DNA of 64,000 nucleotides from an uncultured bacterium. Lineage in GTDB: Bacteria; Armatimonadota; Abditibacteriia; Abditibacteriales; Abditibacteriaceae. Below are positions 21,561 through 31,148 of this stretch, one piece after another (the stretch's first letter is position 1; each line of letters opens with the position of its first letter). Location of the stretch: positions 806,001 to 870,000 of the forward strand of contig CAWJLW010000006.1 in the NCBI GenBank assembly GCA_963843795.1. Reading direction: 5' to 3'. Both the position numbers and the translations under genes were made by a program. The notes beneath the pieces were generated by a model. That model did not search any database, was not told the origin of the DNA, and saw only the letters and a program-made list of their open reading frames with translations.

Positions 21561-23625
21561 ATGCAAATGCAATCGAAAGTGTCACAAGTCGAATCGCCGT
21601 TTATTGACAGGAAAGTTCGGGGGGGGCAAAGACGTTGTTAGTTGGGCGCGTCCGTTAACGCCGTTAGGTTTGATGTCGCTGGCGCTATTGGGCGCGGGTT
21701 CGGTGGTGAATGCGGGGCAGTGGAAGGTAAAATCGGTAAGTCCGTCTGGTTTAGCGACTTTGTCGCCGCAGAGCAACTTCCGTTACAACGACAACGGCTA
21801 CAACTTTCCCGCAGCGGGGTACCCGTGGCCGGGGTCTGTCGCATATGATGGAAGCTCTGGTGGACTGGGCAGTGGTATGCATACATATGGCTGGACCAGC
21901 AATAAACCTAGTGCAACCATTGGAAGTAAAAATATTGGTTCGGTCATCGTAACTTTCGAGTGGGTCGATAGCCAGTACGGTTATGGTTCTGGAAGCGGCA
22001 GCGGTTCTGGAAGTGGGAGTTCTAATCAAACTCCACCACCGGAGTGGTTATTCGTCGAAGTGACAGCCAGTGCCTCTGCGTCTGCTGAGAGTTATAGCAG
22101 CGATGACACTTCTCCACCTTCGGAAGATAGTGTTTCGGTAGCAGCCAGCGACGGTTTTGAGACGGACGCACAGCCTCGGAATTGGCTTTCTGCCGACAAG
22201 AAAACCCGCACTGCTGGAGCTTACGTGACCACAACAAAAGTGTTGCAAATTCCCAGTCGTGGGCAGCAGTTGGTCTCGGTGCCGCTGCCTGCGATGGATA
22301 TTCGAGCAAAGGGCACGGCTGCTGGCCTTAGGGTTTACGTTGCTACCGCTCCCAGTCTTTCAGTCAAGAATAGCCCGCGTGGTCTCTACATTTCCAGTGA
22401 CATTCAAAAGTCGTATAAGAAAGTGACTGATGCTAACGCATTGCCCACGATTATTAATCCCAATAATGGGAGTGTTGGTATTGACACCAGCAAAATTGCG
22501 CCGTCCACGCCGTATAGTGACGCTAATTCTGGGCCGTGGGCTGTAGAATGCGAGCGTAATCTTGATGGCTCAATGAGTGTGCACAGCTACGCATATTGGC
22601 ATCGGAAGCTTGACCCTACAGATAATGCTGGAAACTGGTACGCTGAAGGTTTTTCTACAGAAGCAATTCCCGATGGTTTCACTGACCCCAAGTTCACATG
22701 GGTCGTAAATGGCGGAACGCCTTCACCGAATGTCATTGATCAAATCAACCAAGGCAATCGAGTTCTGAACTTCTTCGGTTTACAGTCAGGTTTTACTTCT
22801 GTTGGCTTAAATCTGGGAGGATATGAACCCAGTCCGGGAAGCAATTACGGTAGTCTTGGTTTCACAAGGCAAACAGGTCTGGCCGTGACGGCGACAGAAA
22901 GAAATAATCCGTCTGTGAGTCTTTCTAACAAATACACGATCAATTGGCATCCGCCGTTGGATAACGTGGAAGAATACGGCACTCCCTTGATCACTTACAC
23001 TGCCGCGCCTGGAATGGCCACGGGTAGCTCTCCTACCTCCAGCGTGACTGGCGAAAATGAGCAGATCGAAGTTTGGATCAATCCCTCAGAGTACAATTTT
23101 TGGTACGGCAGTAATTCCCGAGATTGGTTCTATGTTGGCACTGCAGCCACTATAGTGACTGGGGGAGGATCACTTCTAGTCAGCTCGACTGTAAGCACGG
23201 TTTTGTACACCGTGCTTACACTTGCTGCAGGCACTGCTGGTTATGCAGCCACAACGGATGTTCCTGCTCCAATAAAAAGATACTGCACAAACGATTTGGC
23301 CAATTGGCGCGATGCTGTCAGTGAGACAAGGGAATCTGTGGGCCACCAAAATCCAACTGCTGATGTGCGAATTGACCCACCCAGTTTACTGGATGGTTAC
23401 ACGAACGCTCAGCTGAATGAAATTTGGGCAAACAATTCGCTTTGGCGTCAGGCTACTATGACTCCATGGGTAAAGCAGGTTTACGAAACAAAATTCCTGC
23501 GTGGCGACGACTACGATTTTAAAGGCTATACAGGCCCTGGAAAGGCGCGTTTTGAGGCCCCCAAAGGAAGCCCGCAGTTACTCGCTTACTATACTTTTCC
23601 TACAGCCAGTGGTAATCCAGAGTAA
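21561..23625 (+). CDS. Large secreted hypothetical protein; true start probably ATG 21561, out of frame at the G8 tract (21619-21626)
   Basis: 673-aa ORF from TTG 21604; AGGAGG precedes ATG 21561; signal peptide, GS linker and late hydrophobic segment; atypical codon usage. Confidence 0.7.
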
Positions 23626-23639
23626 GTGGAGGCTCAATC

Positions 23640-23738
23640 TTCAGAGTCGTGTGCCAGAAGCGAGACGCTGCTAAGTGTGAAACAAACGAACGCCTGTTTT
23701 AAACAGGCTGTAACACGCTTCTGGCACACGACTCTGAA
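23640..23738. repeat. 99-bp element with perfect 23-bp terminal inverted repeats (MITE-like)
   Basis: TTCAGAGTCGTGTGCCAGAAGCG (23640-23662) and its reverse complement (23716-23738). Confidence 0.8.
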
Positions 23739-23750
23739 AGGAGGGATTGT

Positions 23751-24209
23751 ATGCGAAGATTTTTGTTTCAAACTTTGTTGATGGTGTGGACATGGGCTAC
23801 ATCTTTTGCTTGGATGGTAGTCATCATCTTTACCATAAGCCAAACGTTCAGCGGAACTTACGCGCTGTGGCTGCTGGCCGCTCTCATTTTGCCTTGGTTC
23901 CGCCTTGTTATTAATTGGATTTTTCCGCGAGACACTTTTGGTTATGACCCAGACACTTCAATTCACAACAAAGATGTGGCGCTTAAAGATGTGACTTTAC
24001 GTACATTTTGTATCGGTCTTATATTGTTGATTTGGATGTTAACTATCGCTTTTGCGTGGAAAATGGTCTTTTATGACTTTGTAACACATCAGGTCTCTGA
24101 ATCATCATATCTGTGGTTACTTGGACTTTTCATCTTGTTTAGCTTAGGACTCGTCGTAAAACGTAAATATCCCAAAGGAATCTTTTATGATCGAAATGCT
24201 CAAAAATAA
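23751..24209 (+). CDS. Four-TM membrane protein built from an internal duplication
   Basis: GGAGG RBS; two aligned halves; AT-rich. Confidence 0.75.
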   Translation: MRRFLFQTLLMVWTWATSFAWMVVIIFTISQTFSGTYALWLLAALILPWFRLVINWIFPRDTFGYDPDTSIHNKDVALKDVTLRTFCIGLILLIWMLTIAFAWKMVFYDFVTHQVSESSYLWLLGLFILFSLGLVVKRKYPKGIFYDRNAQK

Positions 24210-24960
24210 GCTGTTACTCAGCATCATCTTGTCTACATATTCAATTTTGATGCTAACCACGACCGGTTATGCACAGCCGGACAAAAACTCTTTTGGTTAC
24301 GCTTGGACGAAAAGCAAACTTCTACCCGATAGTCCAGTCACCCGCGCGACTCGTTCTGCGGTTGACGGCGCATCGGCTGCTCAGCTGGAAAAGAAAATCG
24401 ACGTACTGCGCAAAGAAGTTGCTGATGATAAGTCCACAGCAGCAGAACGCTTTGAATACGCATCGACGGCTTACCGGCTGGTTATCAAGCATAAGAAACC
24501 AAAATTGGAAAGTGACTTGTTGGAGGCTAGACGAGCAATGCAAAACTCCCCTGTCTCGTCTGAAGTTTCTCACTTGCGAATCCGTTTTCTAATTGCTGCG
24601 CGGCAAGATGCTTTCGCTCCAACCGAATTAACCAAGTTGGGCATTGCTTTGGCTGATAAAGATTCCACAGATTACGATGTGCGCTATTACACTTGCAAAC
24701 TTCTCAAGCCCGATTTGCGCCCTGATGAAAAGCAAATTGGCGTGAAGCTTTGTCAGGAAATGGCTAAAATTGCTCCCAACCGTTCCAGCTTGCATTCGAT
24801 GTGGGGCAGTATTTATTTTCGCTCGTGGTTAAAATCACATTCAAAAAGTGATGCAGAAAAAGGGATTGTGGCTTACCAAAAATTTCTTCAACTTGCTCCG
24901 GCAGCCGATCCGTTTCGCCCACAAGCCAAACAATACATCACCATGATGCAAAAGAAATAA
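24187..24960 (+). CDS. Secreted helical (TPR-like) hypothetical protein
   Basis: Signal peptide; C-terminal A...YQKFLQLAP TPR-like helix pair. Confidence 0.7.
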   Translation: MIEMLKNKLLLSIILSTYSILMLTTTGYAQPDKNSFGYAWTKSKLLPDSPVTRATRSAVDGASAAQLEKKIDVLRKEVADDKSTAAERFEYASTAYRLVIKHKKPKLESDLLEARRAMQNSPVSSEVSHLRIRFLIAARQDAFAPTELTKLGIALADKDSTDYDVRYYTCKLLKPDLRPDEKQIGVKLCQEMAKIAPNRSSLHSMWGSIYFRSWLKSHSKSDAEKGIVAYQKFLQLAPAADPFRPQAKQYITMMQKK

Positions 24961-24968
24961 GTCGCACA

Positions 24969-25016
24969 AAACCCCAAAAGCGCGCTGCAAGTACTTGCAG
25001 CGCGCTTTTGGGGTTT
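24969..25016. terminator. 48-bp perfect core-centred palindrome (right island boundary)
   Basis: AAACCCCAAAAGCGCGCT-core-AGCGCGCTTTTGGGGTTT. Confidence 0.85.
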
Positions 25017-25019
25017 CAA

Positions 25020-25302
25020 CTATCGGTGCAACAGCTCGCCTGTTGTTTCATCGTCGTCCTCATCCAAAATTTGCGACATTGGTGTGAAATCGCGGCCAAT
25101 TGGTGGCGCGTCGGGGTGCGCGCCGCTGCCGCCGCTGTGGCCGCTGCGTTGTTCCTCCACCCATTGAGCGCGGCGTTGTTCGTCGTTCAAGCGTTTGTTG
25201 AAGAACCAGACGGCGGCTAAAAAGGCGCCGCCGAGGGCCAGCGCGGTCAAAAAGTACCAGAAAAATTAACACTGCCTGTGTTCCGGTTAAGCCGTTTAAC
25301 AT
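25020..25302 (-). CDS. Small membrane protein, frameshifted at the A5 tract 25249-25253
   Basis: MLNGLTGTQAVLIFLVL joins LTALALGGAFLAAVWFF if one base is removed, giving one continuous hydrophobic segment. Confidence 0.55.
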
Positions 25303-25484
25303 GATTTGTTTTTTCCTCGACTGGGCCAAAAGATGGGAAAAGTGTAAACCATTGTCCCCCGTCGTGACTTTCGATTCCCAAAAAGCTCCTGCAAGTACTT
25401 GCAGTGAGGTTTTGGCAAAAGGAAACGAAACGCGGACGGCGGGCTTGTTAAAATAAAAGCCAATTTGCTTTGAAGGTACTTTTT

Positions 25485-27224
25485 ATGAGAGATTCGGTTT
25501 CCCACACTATTCACGTCGAAGGCGATCATCAGCCGGTTTTCGACGTTGCCGCTGCCAACCCCACCACGCGCGATGTGCCGCCGTGCATCTTGACAATTTT
25601 CGGTGCGACTGGCGATTTGACGCGCCGTAAACTCATGCCCGCACTCTACAACTTGGAAGCGCTGGGCTTGCTGCCAGAAAAATTCGTCGTCGTTGGTTTC
25701 GGGCGCAGCGAGCGCGAACTGGATAAGTTTCGCGCCAGTTTAAAAAGCGGCGTGCAAGAGTTCGCGCGCCTGCCTTACAAAGAAGCGACGTGGAAATTAT
25801 TGGAAGACAAAATTTTCTATCAGCAGGGCGCTTACGGCGCGCCCGAATCGCATCGCGATTTGGACAAACGGTTGGAAGAATTGGCCAAAGAGTTCGGAAC
25901 CGGCGGCAATCGGATGTATTATCTGGCCACGCCGCCCGAAGAATTCGATGATGTCATTGAAAATCTGGGACAGCTCAAAGGCAAAAATCGCGATGACGGT
26001 TGGCGTCGTTTGATCGTCGAAAAACCGTTCGGGCGCGACCTCAAATCGGCGCAGGCTTTGAACGGTTTGCTGTCCAAATACTTCACGGAAAACGAAGTGT
26101 TCCGCATCGACCATTATCTGGGCAAAGAAACCGTGCAGAACATTCTTGCACTGCGCTTTGCCAACTCGATCTGGGAGCCGATCTGGAACAACCATTACAT
26201 CGACCATCTGCAAATCGTGGTCGCCGAAGAAGTCGGCGTCGGTCTGCGCGGCGGCTACTATGAAACCAATGGCGCACTGCGTGATATGGTCGTCAATCAT
26301 ATGATGCAAGTACTTTCGCTGGTTTGTATGGAGCCGCCGGTCGCGCTGGATGGCAACGCGATTCGCGATGAAAAAGTGAAAGTGCTGCGCGCGATTCGTC
26401 CGTTTTCTCAAGAGCAAGTGCTGCAAAACACGGTGCGCGGCCAATACAAAGGTTATCGCGATGTTGAAGGTGTCGATCCAGCATCCAAAACTGAAACTTA
26501 TGTCGCGATGAAATTGATGGTCGATAACTGGCGCTGGAGTGGCGTGCCGATTTATCTGCGTCATGGCAAAGCGCTGAAAAAGCGCGCGACCGAAGTCGTG
26601 GTGCGTTGGAAAGATACTCCGTATGTGTTGTTCAACGATCAGGTTAATCGCGTGAAAAGCAATATGCTGATTATGCGCATTCAACCCAACGATGGTTTCG
26701 CGCTGCGCACCAATGCCAAGGTTCCCGGTTCGGGCATGGAAATTCGCGATGTGCAGATGGATTTCGATTACAGCGAAGCCTTTGGCGCCGAGCCGCCCGA
26801 AGCCTACGAACGTTTGTTGCAAGACGCGATGTTGGGCGATGGCACGCTGTTCACGCGCCGCGATGAAGCCGAAGTCGCGTGGAGCATCATGGACCCGATT
26901 TTAGCCGCGTGGCGCCACACTTCGGCACCGTTTTCCTACGAGCGCGGCTCGTGGGGGCCAGACGAAGCCGACGAATTTTTGGCTTCTGACCGTCGGCGCT
27001 GGCATCAGCCGCAAATTTTGCCATCCAAGCACGGCGAATTGCAGGAAACTGCCGCCGCGCTCAAGGGCGCTGAAAGCAAAAATGGCAAAAGCGAAGGCGC
27101 TAAAATCGAAGGCGCTGACAAAGCGGAATCTAAATCCGAGAAAAACGCCGATAATAAAAAATCGGGCTCTTCGGAAACCAAATCTGAAACTAAAGACGAC
27201 AAAACCAGCGAGGCGAAAAAATGA
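25485..27224 (+). CDS. zwf: Glucose-6-phosphate 1-dehydrogenase with a charged C-terminal tail
   Basis: GATGDL, EKPFG, RIDHYLGKE and RIQP. Confidence 0.97.
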   Translation: MRDSVSHTIHVEGDHQPVFDVAAANPTTRDVPPCILTIFGATGDLTRRKLMPALYNLEALGLLPEKFVVVGFGRSERELDKFRASLKSGVQEFARLPYKEATWKLLEDKIFYQQGAYGAPESHRDLDKRLEELAKEFGTGGNRMYYLATPPEEFDDVIENLGQLKGKNRDDGWRRLIVEKPFGRDLKSAQALNGLLSKYFTENEVFRIDHYLGKETVQNILALRFANSIWEPIWNNHYIDHLQIVVAEEVGVGLRGGYYETNGALRDMVVNHMMQVLSLVCMEPPVALDGNAIRDEKVKVLRAIRPFSQEQVLQNTVRGQYKGYRDVEGVDPASKTETYVAMKLMVDNWRWSGVPIYLRHGKALKKRATEVVVRWKDTPYVLFNDQVNRVKSNMLIMRIQPNDGFALRTNAKVPGSGMEIRDVQMDFDYSEAFGAEPPEAYERLLQDAMLGDGTLFTRRDEAEVAWSIMDPILAAWRHTSAPFSYERGSWGPDEADEFLASDRRRWHQPQILPSKHGELQETAAALKGAESKNGKSEGAKIEGADKAESKSEKNADNKKSGSSETKSETKDDKTSEAKK

Positions 27225-27967
27225 GCGACAACACCAATCAATTGGGCGAAAGCCGCGAGATTTACCCGACACAAAGCGATGTTGTGCGCGCCTTTGCCGA
27301 GCGTTTGGTCGAAGTGGCGCGCGAAGCTATATTGGCGCGAGGGCGTTTCATTTTTGCGCTTTCGGGTGGCAGCACGCCCAAAGAATTGTTCGCGCTTCTG
27401 GCGAGCGATGAATTTCGTGAACAATTCGATTGGTCGAAAATCGTCATCGTGTGGGGTGATGATCGCGCGGTCGGGCCGGATGATGAACTGTCGAACTATC
27501 GCATGGCCAAACTCGCGCTTTTAGATAAAGTTCCCGTGTTGCCAGAAAACGTGCATCGGATGCGCGGCGAGGCCGAAGATTTGGAAGAAGCGGCCAAAGA
27601 ATATGGCTTGCTGATGCAAGAGTTGGGCGCATTAGATGTGGCCTTGATGGGAATGGGGCCGGACGGACACACGGCGAGCTTATTTCCACATTCGCCGCAA
27701 CTCAACGAAACCAAACATCGCTGTGTCGCCACGCCGATTGCATCACACGAACCTCATGTGCGGCGCTTGACGCTGACATATCGCATGTTCAATGATTCGC
27801 GTCATTTGTGGATGCTGGTATGCGGCGCGAGCAAGGCCCAACGCACGGCGCAAGTACTTGCCGGGCCGATTGTGCCACAGGAATTGCCCGTACAAGGCTT
27901 GCGCGGAAGCGAAAGCAACGATTACGTGTGGTGGATGGACGAAGCGGCGGCAAGCGCATTGAATTGA
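27221..27967 (+). CDS. pgl: 6-phosphogluconolactonase
   Basis: LSGGSTP, SNY and GMGPDGHTASLFP; ATGA overlap with zwf. Confidence 0.95.
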   Translation: MSDNTNQLGESREIYPTQSDVVRAFAERLVEVAREAILARGRFIFALSGGSTPKELFALLASDEFREQFDWSKIVIVWGDDRAVGPDDELSNYRMAKLALLDKVPVLPENVHRMRGEAEDLEEAAKEYGLLMQELGALDVALMGMGPDGHTASLFPHSPQLNETKHRCVATPIASHEPHVRRLTLTYRMFNDSRHLWMLVCGASKAQRTAQVLAGPIVPQELPVQGLRGSESNDYVWWMDEAAASALN

Positions 27968-27983
27968 AAACGTATTCATCGAG

Positions 27984-28041
27984 AGCGCAAAAAGCGCGTG
28001 GCAAGTATCTGCGCAAGTACTTGCCACGCGCTTTTTGCGCT
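27984..28041. terminator. Palindrome with tandem cores (one degenerate)
   Basis: 17-bp perfect arms around GCAAGTATCTGC-GCAAGTACTTGC. Confidence 0.75.
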
Positions 28042-28100
28042 TGAATTTCGGGGAAACTGCGCCGTAGAAGCGCGTCGGTTGTGCCAACACGGGAAATTAT

Positions 28101-29852
28101 ATGGAGAACACAATGAAACGATTACGATTTGGGCGGTGCGCGTTATGGGCACTGTGTGCCTTGCTACTGGTGGGCTTATCGCCTGCGCGCGCGCAGTTCG
28201 GCTTGCCCAACGATGCGCCGGAAAACGTTGTGACGGTGCGCGCTTTAGCGCCCACGACCGGCATTAAGGCCAATTCAAAAAGTACGCTGACGCTCGAATT
28301 AACAATCGTCGAGCCGTTTCATATCAACGCCAATCCTGCCAGCGAAGATTATCTTATCCCAACTGTCGCTGTGGTCAAACCCGCTCCCGGTTTGAAAGTT
28401 AGCAAACCCATTTATCCGAAACCGGTTTTAAAGAAATTCAGTTTTTACGAAGGAATGCTCAAGGTTTACGAAGGCACTGTACAGATCAAAATTCCGCTCG
28501 AAACCGACGGCAATTTCAAACCGACAGCACTTACAGGTACGCTGAAATATCAGGCTTGCAACGATCAAGCGTGTTTAGCACCCAAAACTCTCGATTGGAA
28601 ATTGAAATTAGCGGGCACCGCGCCGCCTGCGCCTAAGCCACCAATCAAAAATCCGCCGATTATCGAAAAATCGACCGGAGTTACCAGCCCCAATGACAGC
28701 AATAATAATTCGCCCGGTGCAACGATTTCTGGCGCGGCTGACGACGCAGCAGCAGTACAATTGCGCGAGCGTTTTGGTGTCAAAGGTTTGCCGACAGTGA
28801 TTTTTATCGACGCCAGCGGTAAAGCGCGACCGGATTTGCGCGCTGGCGAGGAACTCACTTTGGCCGGTATGACGCAGAAAATGGACGCGCTGAAAAGCGG
28901 CCAGCAATTATCTGTGGACGCAGACAGCGCTGCAGGCTGGCAAACGCGCTTGAAATCAGCTTCGATTTGGTGGCAAATTGGTCTGGTTTTTATTGGCGGT
29001 TTGCTGTTGAATCTAACTCCGTGCGTGTACCCGATGATTCCGATTACCATCGGGTATTTTGGTGCGCAAAGCGAAGGTAAAACCGGCAAAACGTTTTCTC
29101 TCGCCTTGCTTTACGTTTTGGGTCTGGCGCTGGTTTATTCCACGCTTGGCGTTTTCGCAGCTTTCACCGGCAACTTGTTCGGTTCGCTGATGCAAAGCTC
29201 GTGGGTGATTGGTTTCGTGGCGGTTATCTTCTTCGCGCTTTCTCTGTCGATGATGGGCGTTTTTACGCTCAACCCGCCGCAAGCGTTGATGCAACAAAGT
29301 GGTGCCAAAAAAGGTGCGTTGGGTGCTCTGGCGATGGGCGCGCTGCTTGGTATCGTAGCCGCGCCCTGCGTTGGCCCGGTCGTGGCCGCTTTGTTGGCTT
29401 ATGTCGGCGCACGCGGCGAGCCAGCATTAGGTTTCATCTTGTTTTTCGCGCTCTCAATTGGGCTAGGTTTGCCGTATTTGTTGCTGGGCACGTTTAGTGG
29501 TGCGGTGAAATCGCTGCCACGTTCGGGAATGTGGCTCGAAAAATCGAAGAAATTCTTTGCCATTCCTTTGCTGGCAGTTTCATTCTATTATGCTTATCTC
29601 GCCGTGAAGCCCGCTCTGGCTACCGCACCATCCAGCGCCGCGACCGGCGAACATTGGGCACCGGCGACGTTGGCCAAATTAGAAGGCGCCAAGCAAAAAG
29701 GCCAGCCAGTGATTCTCGATTTTCGCGCCGATTGGTGCTTGCCGTGCTTGAAAATGGAACGCGAAATTTTCTCCAGGAACGAAGTAGAACAAGCTGCCGT
29801 AGCAAATAATATTCAATTGTTGCAAGTCGATCTCACGTCGCAAAGTCAGTAG
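28101..29852 (+). CDS. dsbD: DsbD-family thiol:disulfide interchange protein with a split thioredoxin domain
   Basis: nDsbD YQACNDQACLAP; TM domain TPCVYPM and APCVGP; WCLPC thioredoxin motif. Confidence 0.88.
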   Translation: MENTMKRLRFGRCALWALCALLLVGLSPARAQFGLPNDAPENVVTVRALAPTTGIKANSKSTLTLELTIVEPFHINANPASEDYLIPTVAVVKPAPGLKVSKPIYPKPVLKKFSFYEGMLKVYEGTVQIKIPLETDGNFKPTALTGTLKYQACNDQACLAPKTLDWKLKLAGTAPPAPKPPIKNPPIIEKSTGVTSPNDSNNNSPGATISGAADDAAAVQLRERFGVKGLPTVIFIDASGKARPDLRAGEELTLAGMTQKMDALKSGQQLSVDADSAAGWQTRLKSASIWWQIGLVFIGGLLLNLTPCVYPMIPITIGYFGAQSEGKTGKTFSLALLYVLGLALVYSTLGVFAAFTGNLFGSLMQSSWVIGFVAVIFFALSLSMMGVFTLNPPQALMQQSGAKKGALGALAMGALLGIVAAPCVGPVVAALLAYVGARGEPALGFILFFALSIGLGLPYLLLGTFSGAVKSLPRSGMWLEKSKKFFAIPLLAVSFYYAYLAVKPALATAPSSAATGEHWAPATLAKLEGAKQKGQPVILDFRADWCLPCLKMEREIFSRNEVEQAAVANNIQLLQVDLTSQSQ

Positions 29853-29874
29853 AAAACGCACAGATTTGGTGATG

Positions 29875-29912
29875 AAAAAGGCCGCCGCGATAATTATCGC
29901 GGCGGCCTTTTT
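29875..29912. terminator. 38-bp perfect palindrome without the 12-bp core; bidirectional terminator
   Basis: AAAAAGGCCGCCGCGATAA/TTATCGCGGCGGCCTTTTT between convergent genes. Confidence 0.8.
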
Positions 29913-29952
29913 TCGGCGTTGCAAGTACTTGCAACAACGTTTTGCAATTCAA

Positions 29953-30438
29953 TTATGCTTGTGCAGCGCGTTGGGCCTTCAAGCGCGCGGCTTCAGCTTC
30001 GGATTCCCTTTTGGCGTTTTCCAAATCTCGCTCCATTTCGCTTTGCGTTTCCTGAGCAGCCCGGCGGCCTTCAACAACAGCTTGTGAAACTAAGGGCGCG
30101 GCCGTGAGTGCAGCGCTTTTGGCGACCGAAGCCGCGCTACCAGCGACGTTTTTCAACCGCTCGGCAACTTTGCCCAAACGCGCCGTCAAGGCGTTGACAT
30201 CGGTTTTGGCGCCGCCTGCGGTCAAGCCTTGTTGCACCGGGTTGGTGTTGGCATTGGCCGCGTGTTGCAGTGCGGCTTGCTGCATTTTCGATTGCAGAAT
30301 CGAATAGGTCGCGCCTGAACCAATCAGGGCACCAAAAACGACGAATTTCACCGCTTCGCCAAAGGTTGGGCCAGCGATGATAGTGATGTTCTGGGGGTCG
30401 TCTTCGTCGTTGAGCTGCCGTTTATTTGAAAAGACCAC
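29953..30438 (-). CDS. Membrane-anchored helical protein (YtxH-like)
   Basis: FVVFGALIGSGA anchor followed by Ala-rich helices; overlaps the upstream gene. Confidence 0.55.
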   Translation of the reverse strand: MVFSNKRQLNDEDDPQNITIIAGPTFGEAVKFVVFGALIGSGATYSILQSKMQQAALQHAANANTNPVQQGLTAGGAKTDVNALTARLGKVAERLKNVAGSAASVAKSAALTAAPLVSQAVVEGRRAAQETQSEMERDLENAKRESEAEAARLKAQRAAQA

Positions 30439-30886
30439 GTTTTTTCTTCCTCTTGGTTTTCACATCGTCCGCGACTTCGATTTCGCGACTTTTGCCGCGC
30501 ACCGAGCGCAAGCCTGCCGCAACGCCCGCCATCGCGCCAGCTGCACGAATCACCGGAGATTCCATACGACCCGCGACCGAACCGACAACGTTGGAAACGC
30601 GCGTCACAGTTCCGGTCACGCTGTGAATCGTTGAATTAGCGTCATCACTAATTTCTTTGACGTTTTTCAAAGAATCATCGACGCTGCCCAACATAGAAGG
30701 CAAATGACGGTTGGCTTCTTCGGTCATCAGCTTGGCATCGGATAAAAGCTGGCGAATTTGTCCCAGCATCAAAACCATCGCGGCAGCGATACCAAGCATT
30801 GACAAAGCGAACACGATTTGCGATAGCGCAATAACAATCAGAGTCCACCCGGGTAAGTTGTTTACTGTAATGTCAGTGGGATTCAT
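30422..30886 (-). CDS. DUF948-like membrane-anchored protein
   Basis: N-terminal TM then amphipathic repeats; start MNPTD. Confidence 0.6.
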   Translation of the reverse strand: MNPTDITVNNLPGWTLIVIALSQIVFALSMLGIAAAMVLMLGQIRQLLSDAKLMTEEANRHLPSMLGSVDDSLKNVKEISDDANSTIHSVTGTVTRVSNVVGSVAGRMESPVIRAAGAMAGVAAGLRSVRGKSREIEVADDVKTKRKKKRGLFK

Positions 30887-31148
30887 GAATACGATTCCTT
30901 GATGAAAATATATTTGACCGCGCGCCCATCGGCAAATTGCAAGCCATTTCAGTGGGATAATTGCTTGCACTGTGAAGAGCCAGTCCTTGCAGCGCAAATT
31001 ATTGGCGCGCATCAGCGCTGCGATGCCAACTTTATCACAATATTTGGATTATGTGAACGGTTGCGCTGTAAAAACTGTTCTTGATTTTCGCCCTGAGCGC
31101 TGCAAGTACTTGCGACAAGTATTTGCAGCGCGATTGTGGGTTGGCCCT

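Noticed and set aside
21388..24968. Absence of the 12-mer as independent proof of foreign origin
   Set aside because: Native regions of similar length (e.g. 9838-13567) also lack it.
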